Notes: generated by a model not told the origin, from the letters alone. A DNA stretch of 64,000 nucleotides from an uncultured Methanolinea sp. (GCA_964452625.1 CAYVMJ010000001.1:489914-553913), one strand, 5' to 3'; counted from the first letter of the stretch, positions 28,092 through 38,847 are shown. Made by a program: numbers and translations.

Positions 28092-28790
28092 CTATCTCTT
28101 CACACTGGCAGGCTCGAACAGGTATTTCCAGGCGTATGCGGCAATGAGAGCTCCTATGACCGGTGCGGCGATGAACATCCAGAGCTGGGAAAGTGCCGTT
28201 CCCCCGACAACCACGGCAGGTCCAATGCTCCGTGCAGGGTTCACTGATGTGCCGGTGAGGGGAATCGTCACAATGTGAATCATTGCAAGCGATATACCGA
28301 TTGCGATCCCTGCAAATCCCGCGGGGGCTTCTTTGCTCGTCGCCCCGAGAATGACCATAAGAAAGAGGAATGTCATGACGACCTCGGCAATAAAGCACGC
28401 CACCATGCTGTAACCCCCGGGCGATGCGATTCCGTACCCGTTCTGTCCGAGGCCTGAAAGAGACAGGTCATATCCTGGATGGCCTGACGCGATCGAGAGG
28501 AGAACAAGCGATGCAAGGATTGCACCGAGACACTGAACGAGAATATACGGGATTGCATCCCGGGCGGACATCTTCCCGTTCACCAGCATGGCGATGGTGA
28601 CTGCGGGGTTGATATGGCAGCCGGAGATATGCCCTGTCACATAGACCATCACCAGCAAAGAGAATCCAAATGCAAGCGAGATGCCGAGAAATCCGATATA
28701 CTCTCCCGCGATCACCGCGCTCCCTGTACCGATCAGGACGAGCACGAAGGTTCCAAGAAGTTCTGCAAGGTATTTTTTCAGAGTATTCAT
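28092..28790 (-). CDS. aqpM: Aquaporin (MIP family)
   Basis: Two NPA boxes (HINPAVT and SVNPARS) and a six-TM layout. Confidence 0.85.
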   Translation of the reverse strand: MNTLKKYLAELLGTFVLVLIGTGSAVIAGEYIGFLGISLAFGFSLLVMVYVTGHISGCHINPAVTIAMLVNGKMSARDAIPYILVQCLGAILASLVLLSIASGHPGYDLSLSGLGQNGYGIASPGGYSMVACFIAEVVMTFLFLMVILGATSKEAPAGFAGIAIGISLAMIHIVTIPLTGTSVNPARSIGPAVVVGGTALSQLWMFIAAPVIGALIAAYAWKYLFEPASVKR

Positions 28791-29000
28791 ACAGGGAATC
28801 CCCCGTTCCGTGGATAATCACTCCAGTAAGTGATTACCCCTCCATTCCTGCTTAAAGATTGTGCCACCGGTGTCCTGGAACGCCGTTGCGGTTTCGAGAC
28901 ACCGTGCGATACCCCTGCAATCCCTTGGACCGGTCATTTTTTAATCCCTGCATCGTGGTCGGTTTTTTTGGTACCGGAACGCGGGTGCGTGTCCGGAGAA

Positions 29001-29585
29001 TCAGGGGGCGTCGCGGCTGGTATGAAGTATATCCCCGAGTCTCCTGAAGTCTTGTTCAAGAGCGGTTCGGGCAGGAGGATTGTGGGTGATCACCGCCGGG
29101 TGATAGACAGGGATGACAAGGCAATCAGGGATGTCTTTTGACAGGGAAACCCTGAATACTCTCCCCCTGACCTCCCGGAATGAGGGGTGCGGGAGATCGA
29201 ATCTCGAAAAGACCGCGGAACTTGCAATTCTTCCCATGGGGACCAGGACTGCGGGAGAGAGGAGCATGATCTGTCGTTCGAGAAAGGGCATGCAGGAAGC
29301 AATCTCTTCCTTTTTGGGCGACCTGTTTTCCGGCGGGCGGCATTTCACGACACTGGTGATGAACACCTCGTCGCGGGAGAGCCCTATGCCCGCAAGAAGC
29401 CCGGTAAGAATTGCGCCCGCCCTGCCCACGAACGGCCTCCCGCTCTCATCCTCTTTCTTCCCGGGCCCCTCTCCAATCAGCATCACGCGGCACGGCACGG
29501 GTCCTTCCCCGGGGACCGTCAGGGTCCGGGATTCGCAGAGGCCGCAGCGCCTGCAGCTGCATATCTGTGCTGCCAGGGACGCCAT
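29001..29585 (-). CDS. udg: Uracil-DNA glycosylase family 4
   Basis: The family-4 signature GEGPGKKEDESGRPFVGRAG follows the CxxCxLC cluster. Start is placed at the internal MASLAAQ. The ORF is open to 29822 but its N-terminal part looks non-coding. Confidence 0.75.
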   Translation of the reverse strand: MASLAAQICSCRRCGLCESRTLTVPGEGPVPCRVMLIGEGPGKKEDESGRPFVGRAGAILTGLLAGIGLSRDEVFITSVVKCRPPENRSPKKEEIASCMPFLERQIMLLSPAVLVPMGRIASSAVFSRFDLPHPSFREVRGRVFRVSLSKDIPDCLVIPVYHPAVITHNPPARTALEQDFRRLGDILHTSRDAP

Positions 29586-29862
29586 CTCATCCGGGGCGGA
29601 CGCAGGCGTATCAGCAGCCACGCTCCACCACCACGGTGCAGGACAGGAACGGACACTCATGAGGATACAGGGAGGCATTCGCCGGCATTCCTCCCGGAAG
29701 TACGAGATGCATGGGAAAAAGATGGGGGATGATGGCTCATGGATGCATCGATTCGCGAAGGATTCGAACGGGCGGAGTGCGATCTCCTCCACCGGGATGC
29801 GGGAAGCGGGACGAATGCACATTACCTTTCAGCACATATACATGGAAGGAACCCCTTCGTCC

Positions 29863-30486
29863 ATGATCCAGACATTCCTCCTCGGCCTTGTCATCGGCCT
29901 CACGGGGGCACTCGTGCCCGGCCCCACGCTCATCGCCACCATCAATTCTTCGGCAAGGGACGGGTGGAGCACCGGCCCCCGCGTCATGGCAGGGCATGCC
30001 GCCGTCGAGGCAGCACTCTTCCTCCTCATCATCTTCGGGCTTGGATCAGTTGACGCATTGCAGGAATACATGCCCTTCATCGCGGTCTTCGGGGGTGTCG
30101 CGCTCCTGGTCTTTGGCGTCATGACGATTCGGGGGGCGGGGGGCGCGATACCTGAGGGCAAGGCCGGGCAGGCGGTGACACACCCGTGTTTTGCCGGGGC
30201 CCTCACCAGCATCTCCAATCCGTATTTCTGGATGTGGTGGCTCTCCATCGGGAGCGCACTGGTCCTGGCGGCGGCACAGAAGGCATTCCCTTTTGCTCTC
30301 GCCTTCCTGATTGGCCACTGGTCGGCCGACTTCGGATGGTACACCCTCGTCTCGACGAGCGTCCACCAGGGCCGCAGGGTCTTTGATGAACGGGTCTATT
30401 CCTGGGTCCTGCGGACCTGCGGGCTGTTCCTTATCCTCTTCGGGATCTATTACCTCGCAACTGCGTTCCCGCTGCTGCCCGGATAA
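29863..30486 (+). CDS. LysE/RhtB-family amino-acid exporter
   Basis: The C-terminal 207 aa of the 457-aa ORF form a six-TM LysE-type translocator (MIQTFLLGLVIGLTGALVPGP...). The upstream 250 aa are antisense to udg and were rejected. Confidence 0.65.
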   Translation: MIQTFLLGLVIGLTGALVPGPTLIATINSSARDGWSTGPRVMAGHAAVEAALFLLIIFGLGSVDALQEYMPFIAVFGGVALLVFGVMTIRGAGGAIPEGKAGQAVTHPCFAGALTSISNPYFWMWWLSIGSALVLAAAQKAFPFALAFLIGHWSADFGWYTLVSTSVHQGRRVFDERVYSWVLRTCGLFLILFGIYYLATAFPLLPG

Positions 30487-30566
30487 CCACATCGTGATTT
30501 CCCGGGTGTCCCTCCGCATCGTTCTCTTCTCCATGACGATCAGGGTGAAAGCGGCATATTTTCAAG

Positions 30567-31397
30567 TTGTGTCCGGTATACTGCATGAGAGAGATGGCCA
30601 TAAGAGATGACCTCCGGCATGTGCTCCCGCCTGACACAGTCAGTGAGATCCCTTCGGGATTCCAGGTCATAGGGAATGTCGCAGTCATCTCTCTGCCCCC
30701 GTCTCTCCATGATTACGGGGGACTGGTGGCACACGCAATCCTTGCCCGCCATAAGAATGTCCGCACAGTCATGAACAGGATACCTTCAGCCAGAAACGAT
30801 CTCCGCATTCCTGAAACCGAAGTCCTTGCGGGGGACTCGACTGTAACCCTCTGCAGGGAATATGGGTTCTCCTACCGCCTCGATGTGGCGGGGACATTTT
30901 ATACGAGCAGGCTTGCATCGGAGCGGCGGAGGGTCTGGATGCAGGTGATGCCTGAAGAGCGGGTGCTGGTCCCTTTTGCCGGTGTGGGACCGTGTGCAAT
31001 ACCGCCTGCTGCCCGTGGCGCACATGTGACTGCCGTCGAGAAAAACCCGGATTCGTGCCGGTACGTCTGGGAGAATATCAGGCAGAACCGCGTCGAATCG
31101 CAGGTGACCGTCCATGAGGGGGATCTGGAGCAGGTTCTTCCTTCGCTTTCAGAGGGGATGGACCGGGCCGTCATCCCCGCACCGTATGGGTATGACAGGG
31201 CCCTCCATCTCGTTGCTCCCCTGGTCCGGCAGGGCGGAATGATTCACTTCTACACCTTCAAGAAGGCTTCGCAAATCCCCGCACTCGAAAGGGAATACCT
31301 GCAAAAAGGGCTCGTGGCACACACAGTCAGGAGGTGCGGGTACGTGGCGCCGGGCATTGCGCGGTATGTTTTCGATCTGGCAAAAGGGGAAGACTGA
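30567..31397 (+). CDS. Class I SAM-dependent methyltransferase of the Trm5/Tyw2 (Met-10+) tRNA methyltransferase family
   Basis: Overall architecture and SAM-binding region (VLVPFAGVGPCAIPPA, VEKNPDS) match this family. Confidence 0.6.
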   Translation: MCPVYCMREMAIRDDLRHVLPPDTVSEIPSGFQVIGNVAVISLPPSLHDYGGLVAHAILARHKNVRTVMNRIPSARNDLRIPETEVLAGDSTVTLCREYGFSYRLDVAGTFYTSRLASERRRVWMQVMPEERVLVPFAGVGPCAIPPAARGAHVTAVEKNPDSCRYVWENIRQNRVESQVTVHEGDLEQVLPSLSEGMDRAVIPAPYGYDRALHLVAPLVRQGGMIHFYTFKKASQIPALEREYLQKGLVAHTVRRCGYVAPGIARYVFDLAKGED

Positions 31398-31516
31398 ACC
31401 TGCATGCCGGAAGGAAGATACGAACGACACTCCGCTTTGCTCCGGGACCAGTGGAAAATCCGCCTGTGTTCCGGCAACTAAAGTTTTATGTGATGGAGAG
31501 GGAGAGTGCAGGAAAT

Positions 31517-32485
31517 ATGAAGCAACCAAACCCGCTCCAGGCGGCGGTCTTCCTCATCCTTCTCCTGCTCGGCCTGTGGATTGCATACACCCTGTATTCC
31601 ATGACGGGGCAGTCCCTGTTCCTGGGAATCGGGATTGCGGCTCTGGTGGTCGCGCTGTACCTTGCCGCAGCCATACAGCTTGCAAACCAGTGGGAGAAGG
31701 CGGTGCTCCTCAGGCTGGGGAAGTACAGGGGTCTGTACGGCCCCGGGGTCTTCCTGATTACGCCTCTCGTGGAGACGGTCGCATACTGGATCGACACGAG
31801 GATCATCACCACGTCGTTTACAGCCGAGAAGACGCTCACCAAGGACACGGTCCCTGTTGATGTCGAGGCCGTCCTCTTCTGGAAGGTGGTGGACCCGCAG
31901 CGGGCGGCTCTCGAGGTCGAGGATTACAGGACAGCGGTGAGCTGGGCGGCACAGACGGCTCTCCGCGAAGTGATTGGGAGGTCCAACCTTGCCGAGATGC
32001 TGGAGGGCAGGGAGAAACTCGACCTGGAACTCCAGCGGATCATCGAGGGCAGGGCGGGGCACTGGGGCATCCACGTCTCCTCTGTCGAGATCCGCGACGT
32101 GCTGATCCCGAGCGAGCTGCAGGATGCGATGTCGATGCAGGCCCAGGCGGAACGCGAGCGACAGGCCCGGGTTATCCTGGGCGACTCAGAGCGCCAGGTC
32201 GCCGAGAAGTTCGAGGAAGCGGCCCGGACATACCAAGACAACCCCACAGCGTTACACCTCCGTGCGATGAACATGCTCTACGAGGGCCTGAAAGAGAAGG
32301 CGACACTCGTCATCGTCCCTTCATCAGTCCTCGACACGATGACTCTGGGGGATACATCAGGGGTGATAGCGCTTTCGCAGCAGCTCCAGGACAGGGCGTT
32401 GGCGAAAGGGAATCCGCCGGCGGGGCCCGGGACCCAGGAGAAGAAGAGGGAAGAGACGCAGGGGCCCGGTGAAGGAAAGGAATAA
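31517..32485 (+). CDS. SPFH/band-7 (stomatin/prohibitin-like) membrane protein
   Basis: N-terminal TM helix, then a band-7 domain (LGKYRGLYGPGVFLITPLVETV...VEIRDV) and a C-terminal coiled/charged tail. The start could also be the upstream ATG at 31493. Confidence 0.75.
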   Translation: MKQPNPLQAAVFLILLLLGLWIAYTLYSMTGQSLFLGIGIAALVVALYLAAAIQLANQWEKAVLLRLGKYRGLYGPGVFLITPLVETVAYWIDTRIITTSFTAEKTLTKDTVPVDVEAVLFWKVVDPQRAALEVEDYRTAVSWAAQTALREVIGRSNLAEMLEGREKLDLELQRIIEGRAGHWGIHVSSVEIRDVLIPSELQDAMSMQAQAERERQARVILGDSERQVAEKFEEAARTYQDNPTALHLRAMNMLYEGLKEKATLVIVPSSVLDTMTLGDTSGVIALSQQLQDRALAKGNPPAGPGTQEKKREETQGPGEGKE

Positions 32486-32652
32486 TCCGGCGTTCGATCA
32501 CAATTGAATGTCCCCCGTCATTTTTTTCGTATGTCGTGGCACTCACTCATGTAGTTTTTTATCAATACATCGCTTCAATCCGGAAAGGAGCACGAGCCGA
32601 CTCTCCCGCCGCTCCTGGAGATCGTTTTCCCGCTCTCCACAATGCTGCCACT

Positions 32653-33225
32653 TCATCTCTCGTCTTTTTCGCACATTGCACAGGCGAGAAGACATGCGCC
32701 GATAACCGGCATTCCCATGTACCACTGGATACCAAAGAAAGAGAGACTCGCATAGATACTCCCATGGAATAGGAAAAAATCCCTCGCGACGACAATGACG
32801 CCGATGAGAGAAATACAGCTGAAAAGGAAGGCCAGAAGTACTGAAGCGGTCCGGGTTCTCCTGCACGGGCGGGAAAAATAAAAGAAAGCGAGCGCACAGG
32901 GTGCAAGGAAGAGGCATCCCGTTCCTGTGATGGCAAATCCCAGGTCTCCGGGTAGTGTGCTCCACCCGGAAAGGACGAGTGCGCTCGTGCCCAGGAGAAA
33001 CAGGAGATTCAGGAACAGGGGAAGTACTGCGGCACGTTCAATCCGGGCGAACCGGCTCTCCATGGTGAGGAGACAGGCTCCTGTCAGGGAGACAAGAGAT
33101 GATATGAGAAGCACAGCATACAGCACCGGGAACTGGTGAGGGTGCATGAGAAATGCTGCGAGCAGAGAAAAATACATCCAGAAAAATACAACCGATGCCA
33201 GGACCAGCGCAACCCGGGTGTTCAT
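32653..33225 (-). CDS. Integral membrane protein (hypothetical)
   Basis: Five to six TM helices. Start is placed at the internal MNTRVALV. Confidence 0.5.
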   Translation of the reverse strand: MNTRVALVLASVVFFWMYFSLLAAFLMHPHQFPVLYAVLLISSLVSLTGACLLTMESRFARIERAAVLPLFLNLLFLLGTSALVLSGWSTLPGDLGFAITGTGCLFLAPCALAFFYFSRPCRRTRTASVLLAFLFSCISLIGVIVVARDFFLFHGSIYASLSFFGIQWYMGMPVIGACLLACAMCEKDER

Positions 33226-33298
33226 TCGGCATTCCCCCACCGCGCCGCAGAACAGCAGGGACGCAATTGAGCGGAGTCCTGTAATACATTCCCGGTTC

Positions 33299-33685
33299 TC
33301 ATGAGTCCTCGAGGGATGCGAGGATTGCCTTCCGGAAGAGTATCTCAGGGGCGCTGATGCACCGGTTCCCGGCATCATCGCGGGTGATGTGAACGTCCGA
33401 GAAAAAAGGCTCGCAGGGAGTGGAATGGCAGAGTGACTGCGCACGGTCGCACTCATGGAGTAATTTTTCGAGTGCGCGTCCGTTCAGGAAGATGCCCGCC
33501 TTTGTCGGATCATCAGGGGGACCGAGCAGTTGTTCCTCATACGTGACCATGATCCCATCGTTTTCAAGCAGGGGGCGGATGGCAGAGAGGAGGTCATCAA
33601 AAGCCAGGTGCGAATCGCTGCACAGAACACAGCGTGCGCTTTCCCCTGGCGTATGCCTCCACAGTACTTTGAGTGAGCATCCCAT
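33299..33685 (-). CDS. Small CxxC thioredoxin-fold-like protein (ArsD-like?)
   Basis: N-terminal CVLC and weak resemblance to ArsD-like proteins. Tentative. Confidence 0.35.
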   Translation of the reverse strand: MGCSLKVLWRHTPGESARCVLCSDSHLAFDDLLSAIRPLLENDGIMVTYEEQLLGPPDDPTKAGIFLNGRALEKLLHECDRAQSLCHSTPCEPFFSDVHITRDDAGNRCISAPEILFRKAILASLEDS

Positions 33686-33786
33686 CTGGCTTCCCCGCAG
33701 TTGTCTCTTTGAAAAAATTTTCCTTTTATAAGAGGGGAGTCAGGCCGGCATAAAAAATATTGCGGAGGATGTGATGAGGGTATGTG

Positions 33787-34239
33787 TCAGCGTTCCAGCA
33801 TGTCGATATGGGCATCTGCCTTCGCAGAGAGTTCGTTCATCGACTGCAAAGAAGCGATATCCCGGATAGCCTCGAGGACGTGAACGGAATCCTCGAGAAA
33901 GGAGAGGAGGTCCGCGGGATAGATATCGATCCCGTATTCCTCCAGGAGATACTGCGCGATCTGGCGGTGATCGAGGCCGTTTTCCCTGAGTTCCAGGATC
34001 TCCCGCGCGAATTTCTTTTCAGGACAGCCGCACTGGGGGGAATCGCGGCATTTGCAGCGCAGGAATGAGTGGATGAAGCTGAGCATCTGGTCATGGAGAG
34101 TATGATCCAGGCGGTCGTAATCGAGCCGTGTGGAGATTGCGTCCAGGGTTGCGCCGTGAAACGCCTGGTCGGGGATCCTGTAGCCCGCCAGACGCTCCAG
34201 TTTCCTGGCATGCCTGAAGCGGGCTTTCTGGGATATCAC
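33787..34239 (-). CDS. Conserved archaeal hypothetical protein
   Basis: 150-aa ORF. Its start overlaps the stop of the upstream gene (ATGA). Confidence 0.5.
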   Translation of the reverse strand: MISQKARFRHARKLERLAGYRIPDQAFHGATLDAISTRLDYDRLDHTLHDQMLSFIHSFLRCKCRDSPQCGCPEKKFAREILELRENGLDHRQIAQYLLEEYGIDIYPADLLSFLEDSVHVLEAIRDIASLQSMNELSAKADAHIDMLER

Positions 34240-34874
34240 GTCTCGCCGGCCTCTTCATCGAAATTCTTCAGGGAGGATACGGCCTCGGCCATGCTCTCCA
34301 CTTCGATGAGCCATTCGTCGAATAGGGTGGGCTGTTCGATATCGTCCTTCACGTACTTGCCGCAGCAGGAGGCCCCGTTGATGACGCTTGCTCCAATATC
34401 TGCCGCGATATCAAGCGCCTTCTCCATGTCATCCCCGACAGTCTTTCTGCCGTCTTTCACGAGACTCTTTATGTCGGTCTGGTATCCCCCTTCCAGGAAC
34501 TTCCTGCAGCCCGCGAAGAGGACGAGGAGCGAGAGCTGGAGCGACTCGATGTACTCTTCGAGTTCATCCTGGGGGGCTTCGCACATCACGATTCCCTCGA
34601 CAGCATTCAGTTTCTCGATCGCTTCCTGCTTGGTGTACCGTCCGTTCTGGAAGAGTTTTATGATCTTGAGCACCGACAGGGTGATGTCCATCGAGAAATT
34701 GTACAGTGTGGTGTACCCTTCCGGCAGGTCTTCGCTCCCGGGATCAGCCTCGAAATTTGACTCCCTGAGTGTCTGTATCCAGTTGTCCCAACGCTCCTGG
34801 TTGTAGAAGATATAGAACAATTTGAGCGGTTCTTCGGCACTCGCAGCCTTCTCCTTCTTTTTCGCCATTGTCAT
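34236..34874 (-). CDS. Conserved archaeal hypothetical protein
   Basis: 212-aa ORF, co-directional and overlapping with the next gene. Confidence 0.5.
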   Translation of the reverse strand: MTMAKKKEKAASAEEPLKLFYIFYNQERWDNWIQTLRESNFEADPGSEDLPEGYTTLYNFSMDITLSVLKIIKLFQNGRYTKQEAIEKLNAVEGIVMCEAPQDELEEYIESLQLSLLVLFAGCRKFLEGGYQTDIKSLVKDGRKTVGDDMEKALDIAADIGASVINGASCCGKYVKDDIEQPTLFDEWLIEVESMAEAVSSLKNFDEEAGET

Positions 34875-35135
34875 ACAGGTATTCTCCGGAATATTAAAGG
34901 TGTATCGGAACGGTATGCGAATCCACCCGTTTCCCGGATATTTTCAGGGTACACCGGGTCTTCTCCTGCCAGGGATATCTCCCTTTTCACCAGGATGTTT
35001 TTTTCACTTCGGCGGGGCATGCTATTGGGTCTCTGCCGGGACTGCCATTCCGGAGATATCCGGATGCATCGAATTCGTCGCTCCTGGCTTCTCTTCCTTT
35101 TATGTCCGGGCGTACCCATATCACTGTACATCTTT

Positions 35136-36338
35136 ATGCCGCCAGTTCCATCAGGGGATGAGAAAGTTGTCATGCTCCGGTATGGGGAAATCTTTCTCAA
35201 GAGCGAGCCGGTCAAGAGGCACTTTGTCGGCACACTGCTGCGCAATTGTGGAAAAGCACTCGATAGTGCGGGGCTCTCCTGCCAGCCCGAGGTCCATCGC
35301 GGGAGGATCATTCTGCACACAAAAAAGGCAGAGGAAGTGGCAGAAATCATATCGCGCCTCTTCGGCGTGGTGGACCTGTCAGTCTGCACCCTGACACCCC
35401 CAACCCCCGTGGCAGTGACGGAGGCCGCGGTAAGACTGGCATCTGGAGCCCTTCATCCCGGTGAGAGTTTCGCGGTCAGGGCACGGCGCCAGGGAGTCGA
35501 GGCGATGACAAGCCAGGAACTCGGTGCCCATGTGGGTTCCGCCATCCTCGATGCCATCCCCACTGCGACAGTGGATCTCTGTCACCCGCAATACGAGGTA
35601 TTCGTTGAATTGAGAGATTTCGGCGGGCTGGTGTACGATGCCCGCATCCCCGCACCCGGGGGCCTTCCCTGGGGGACACAGGGGAGAATACTCGCGCTCC
35701 TCTCTTCCGGCATCGACTCACCTGCAGCCATCTGGCTGATGATGAGGAGGGGCTGCGAGGTGGACGCATTGCATGTGAGTGCAGGAAGGTTTGAAGGGAA
35801 GGATGTCACCTCCACCACCCTCACACATCTCTGTGTCCTGTCGACATGGTGCGCAGGGTTTCCGGTCAGGCTTCACCTCGCAGATGCCGGTGAGTTCTAC
35901 GACGCTCTCGTTGCGGGGGCAACGCCGCGCCTCCGCTGTGTGCTGTGCAAGCGTTTCATGATGCGGCTCGGAAGCGCCCTTGCGAAAAGAGAAGGGTACC
36001 TTGCCCTCTGCACGGGGGACAGCCTCGGGCAGGTCGCCTCCCAGACGATGGCAAACCTCGCAGTGGTCTCACAGGCGGCAACAGTCCCGATCGTCCGTCC
36101 CCTCATCGCGTTCGACAAGCAGGAGGCAGTCAACCTGGCAAAAAAGGTGGGAACATTCGAACGGCAGCCCGGGGACCTCTCCTGTTCGGTTGTTCCACGG
36201 ATGCCGTCTACAGCATCGCGGATCGGGGAAGTGCTCCTGATGGAGGAGAAGGTCCGGATGGACTCCCACGTCTCGTCGATTCTCGCCGGCATGCAGGTAT
36301 ACACTGCGCTCAACGGGCATATCGTGGACCGGCAATAA
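35136..36338 (+). CDS. thiI: tRNA sulfurtransferase ThiI (THUMP plus PP-loop ATPase)
   Basis: VVMLRYGEIFLKS N-terminus, THUMP region and PP-loop SSGIDSPAA. The start could be 35172. Confidence 0.8.
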   Translation: MPPVPSGDEKVVMLRYGEIFLKSEPVKRHFVGTLLRNCGKALDSAGLSCQPEVHRGRIILHTKKAEEVAEIISRLFGVVDLSVCTLTPPTPVAVTEAAVRLASGALHPGESFAVRARRQGVEAMTSQELGAHVGSAILDAIPTATVDLCHPQYEVFVELRDFGGLVYDARIPAPGGLPWGTQGRILALLSSGIDSPAAIWLMMRRGCEVDALHVSAGRFEGKDVTSTTLTHLCVLSTWCAGFPVRLHLADAGEFYDALVAGATPRLRCVLCKRFMMRLGSALAKREGYLALCTGDSLGQVASQTMANLAVVSQAATVPIVRPLIAFDKQEAVNLAKKVGTFERQPGDLSCSVVPRMPSTASRIGEVLLMEEKVRMDSHVSSILAGMQVYTALNGHIVDRQ

Positions 36339-36347
36339 CAGGCCGGC

Positions 36348-37619
36348 TCACACGGAGGCGGTTGCGTTCGCGGTGATATTTCTCATCACACTGGCGTTGA
36401 GCGGAGCGGTTCCCTGGGTCGGGATGAACCGGACCCCGATATAGGAACAATATCCGTCGACGCAGGCGACCGCCCCCGAACGCTGGTCAAACAGGAGGCG
36501 CTGGCGGTTCCCGGTATCGGTAATCCAGGCGTCAATCGCCTGCCGCTCGATCCCGGGGGTGTACCCCGTCCATTGCCCGTACAGTGTCTCGATAACAGAT
36601 TCGTTATCCGGGAATCCGTAGAACCGCTTGAGTGCCAGTGCCGATGATCCTGTCACGGGATTGGTATAATTGAGATACCTGTATTCCGCCATATCCCTGG
36701 ACCTGGCAAGCGCGAGATCATATGCCCTGCTCTCGAACGCGATGGGCCCCTCCCCCTCCGCGATCCGGAGGCGGTTGAGATAAATAATGGACTGCTGACT
36801 TTCTTCCTGCGTCGTGTTGCTCTTGAGGGTATCCTTTGCCACCATGCGCATCCAGCTCCCTGCCATGGTGACGACCCCCTGGATTGCATGCGAGGCTGCC
36901 ATTTTTGCTCCGGGAACAGTTGTCACGATGAACAGCCCCGCGCAAAAAAGGCTGATAATGAGGAGCAGGATGATGAGGGTGTTCCGGGAGAGGAGCGGTC
37001 TCTTTTTTTGTCGTGCTGCAGGAACGAGGGCCGAGTCATCCTCGAATGAGTATTCTTCGAGCCGCAGTGCATCGACGATGGCATCCATATCCTGGATGCG
37101 CAGCGTGTACCCGGAATCCATGAACCTCATTTTCTGGATGAGGTCATCGGCAGTTGCGATGCGAAACCACTTCACCTTCCGGAAATCGATCTGCCCGTCC
37201 GGATAGGTGCTCCCGCGGCAGAAGTACACCCATGACCCGGTCTTTCTCAGGTTCGACTCTCCTATGTGCGGGAAATGCTCCCTGCACGTGGGGATCAGCC
37301 GATCGATGAAGTCCTGCCTGTGGATCTTTGCCTGGAGGAAGAGGTTCGGAAGCGCGATGGGACCCTCATCGGTGACGGCCTGCCAGTTCCCGTTCTCCGT
37401 CCCCGTGATCTCTCCGCGGAATGCCTTCAGGTCAAGGATGAGAGGGCCGTTCTTTGTCAGGATCACGCAGTCGATCTGCCCGTTTGCGACGAGCACGCCC
37501 GTGAGGAGGTAGACCGGCTCGCGTGGATACTCTTTCCTAAGGATCCTGACGATCTCCCCGAGCTGCCTGAACTCGTGTTCGTACTTTACTTTCTGTCCTC
37601 GAAAAAAACGGATTCCCAT
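36348..37619 (-). CDS. NERD (nuclease-related) domain membrane protein with an extracytoplasmic C-terminal domain
   Basis: The N-terminal about 110 aa match the NERD pattern (VLVANGQIDCVILTKNGPLILDLK...GNW). There is a central TM helix and N-glycosylation-type NxT/S sites in the C-terminal domain. Confidence 0.55.
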   Translation of the reverse strand: MGIRFFRGQKVKYEHEFRQLGEIVRILRKEYPREPVYLLTGVLVANGQIDCVILTKNGPLILDLKAFRGEITGTENGNWQAVTDEGPIALPNLFLQAKIHRQDFIDRLIPTCREHFPHIGESNLRKTGSWVYFCRGSTYPDGQIDFRKVKWFRIATADDLIQKMRFMDSGYTLRIQDMDAIVDALRLEEYSFEDDSALVPAARQKKRPLLSRNTLIILLLIISLFCAGLFIVTTVPGAKMAASHAIQGVVTMAGSWMRMVAKDTLKSNTTQEESQQSIIYLNRLRIAEGEGPIAFESRAYDLALARSRDMAEYRYLNYTNPVTGSSALALKRFYGFPDNESVIETLYGQWTGYTPGIERQAIDAWITDTGNRQRLLFDQRSGAVACVDGYCSYIGVRFIPTQGTAPLNASVMRNITANATASV

Positions 37620-37770
37620 ATCCCGTCCCTAAAGCCTTTCAGCGGTTGTATCCTTCCAGTCATTGACATTAACCTTTCTTTTTGATATAACTTGCCCGAT
37701 CACATCTGCACAGTGTGCAGTCAAAAAGCGTATTCATTATCCAGCAAGACAGATCCAGGAAGGAAGACGC

Positions 37771-38823
37771 ATGAAAGGGAAGTTCCGGGGATGGGAGAAT
37801 GTGGCTGTCACCGACGACCGGGGGGTCCCACGGCAGGCCGTAGCCCCTGTCATCATATCGGCGAGCAGGTCAACGGATATCCCGGCATTCTTCGGCGAGT
37901 GGTTCACACACCGCCTGCAAAGGGGGCATGTGGCCTGGATCAACCCGTGGAACAATAAAAAGACGTTCGTCTCCTTTGCACGCGCCAGGGTCATCGTGTT
38001 CTGGTCCAAGAATCCCCGCCCCCTCATCCCCAGGCTCCCGCTCGTCGAATCAGAGGGGCTTTTGTATTATTTCCTTTATACCCTGAACGATTACCAGGAA
38101 GAGGGCCTTGAACCGCGCCTCCCCGATCTTTCCGAACGGGAAAAGACGTTTCAGGAGCTCTCCGGCAGGATCGGGAAGGGGAGGATGGTATGGCGTTTTG
38201 ATCCTCTCCTCCTCTCCGATACACTGAGGGTGGACGATCTGCTCGGCAGGGTGGAGCGGGTGGGCTCGAAGATCCACCGGTTCACCCGTAGGATGGTGAT
38301 AAGTTTCGTGGATATCGCGAAGTATCCCCGCGTCAGGCATTCACTCGACAGGATGGGTTGCCAGGGTGTCCGGGAATTCTCCCATAAAGAGGTGGAAAGT
38401 TTTTGCTGCGGCCTGCAGGAGATCAACGAGGACTGGGGGCTTTCCATCTCGTCCTGCGGGGAAGGGGAGGATCTCTCGCAGTATGGTATCGGACGCGGCC
38501 AGTGCATCAACGGGGAACTCATGAGCGAAGAGTTTTCGCAGGACCAGGAACTGATGCGTTTTCTCTTTCCCACAGGCAAAATGCCTGATTACATGGGTAA
38601 AGCGCACACATTCCGGTATCTCAAGGACCCGGGCCAGAGGGGCGCCTGCGGGTGCATCGCGAGCAAGGACATCGGCCAGTATTCGACGTGCATGCACCAG
38701 TGCCGGTACTGCTATGCAAATGCGCGGCCCCTGACTGTAGAGAAGAATTACGAGGCTCACCTTGCAAGGGTGAGTCGGGGGGTATATCCTGAATCGATCA
38801 CGGGTGACCGGGAAGACATATAA
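37771..38823 (+). CDS. DUF1848-like protein with a C-terminal Cys cluster
   Basis: CGC...C..CRYCYA motif near the C-terminus. Start is placed at the internal MKGKF. Confidence 0.5.
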   Translation: MKGKFRGWENVAVTDDRGVPRQAVAPVIISASRSTDIPAFFGEWFTHRLQRGHVAWINPWNNKKTFVSFARARVIVFWSKNPRPLIPRLPLVESEGLLYYFLYTLNDYQEEGLEPRLPDLSEREKTFQELSGRIGKGRMVWRFDPLLLSDTLRVDDLLGRVERVGSKIHRFTRRMVISFVDIAKYPRVRHSLDRMGCQGVREFSHKEVESFCCGLQEINEDWGLSISSCGEGEDLSQYGIGRGQCINGELMSEEFSQDQELMRFLFPTGKMPDYMGKAHTFRYLKDPGQRGACGCIASKDIGQYSTCMHQCRYCYANARPLTVEKNYEAHLARVSRGVYPESITGDREDI

Positions 38824-38847
38824 ATTCCGCCCTGCAAACACCACAAT

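Noticed and set aside
29113-30486. A 457-aa ORF as one gene
   Set aside because: Its first 250 aa or so are antisense to the well-supported UDG gene and are low-complexity. Only the C-terminal 207 aa (the LysE-type exporter) were retained.
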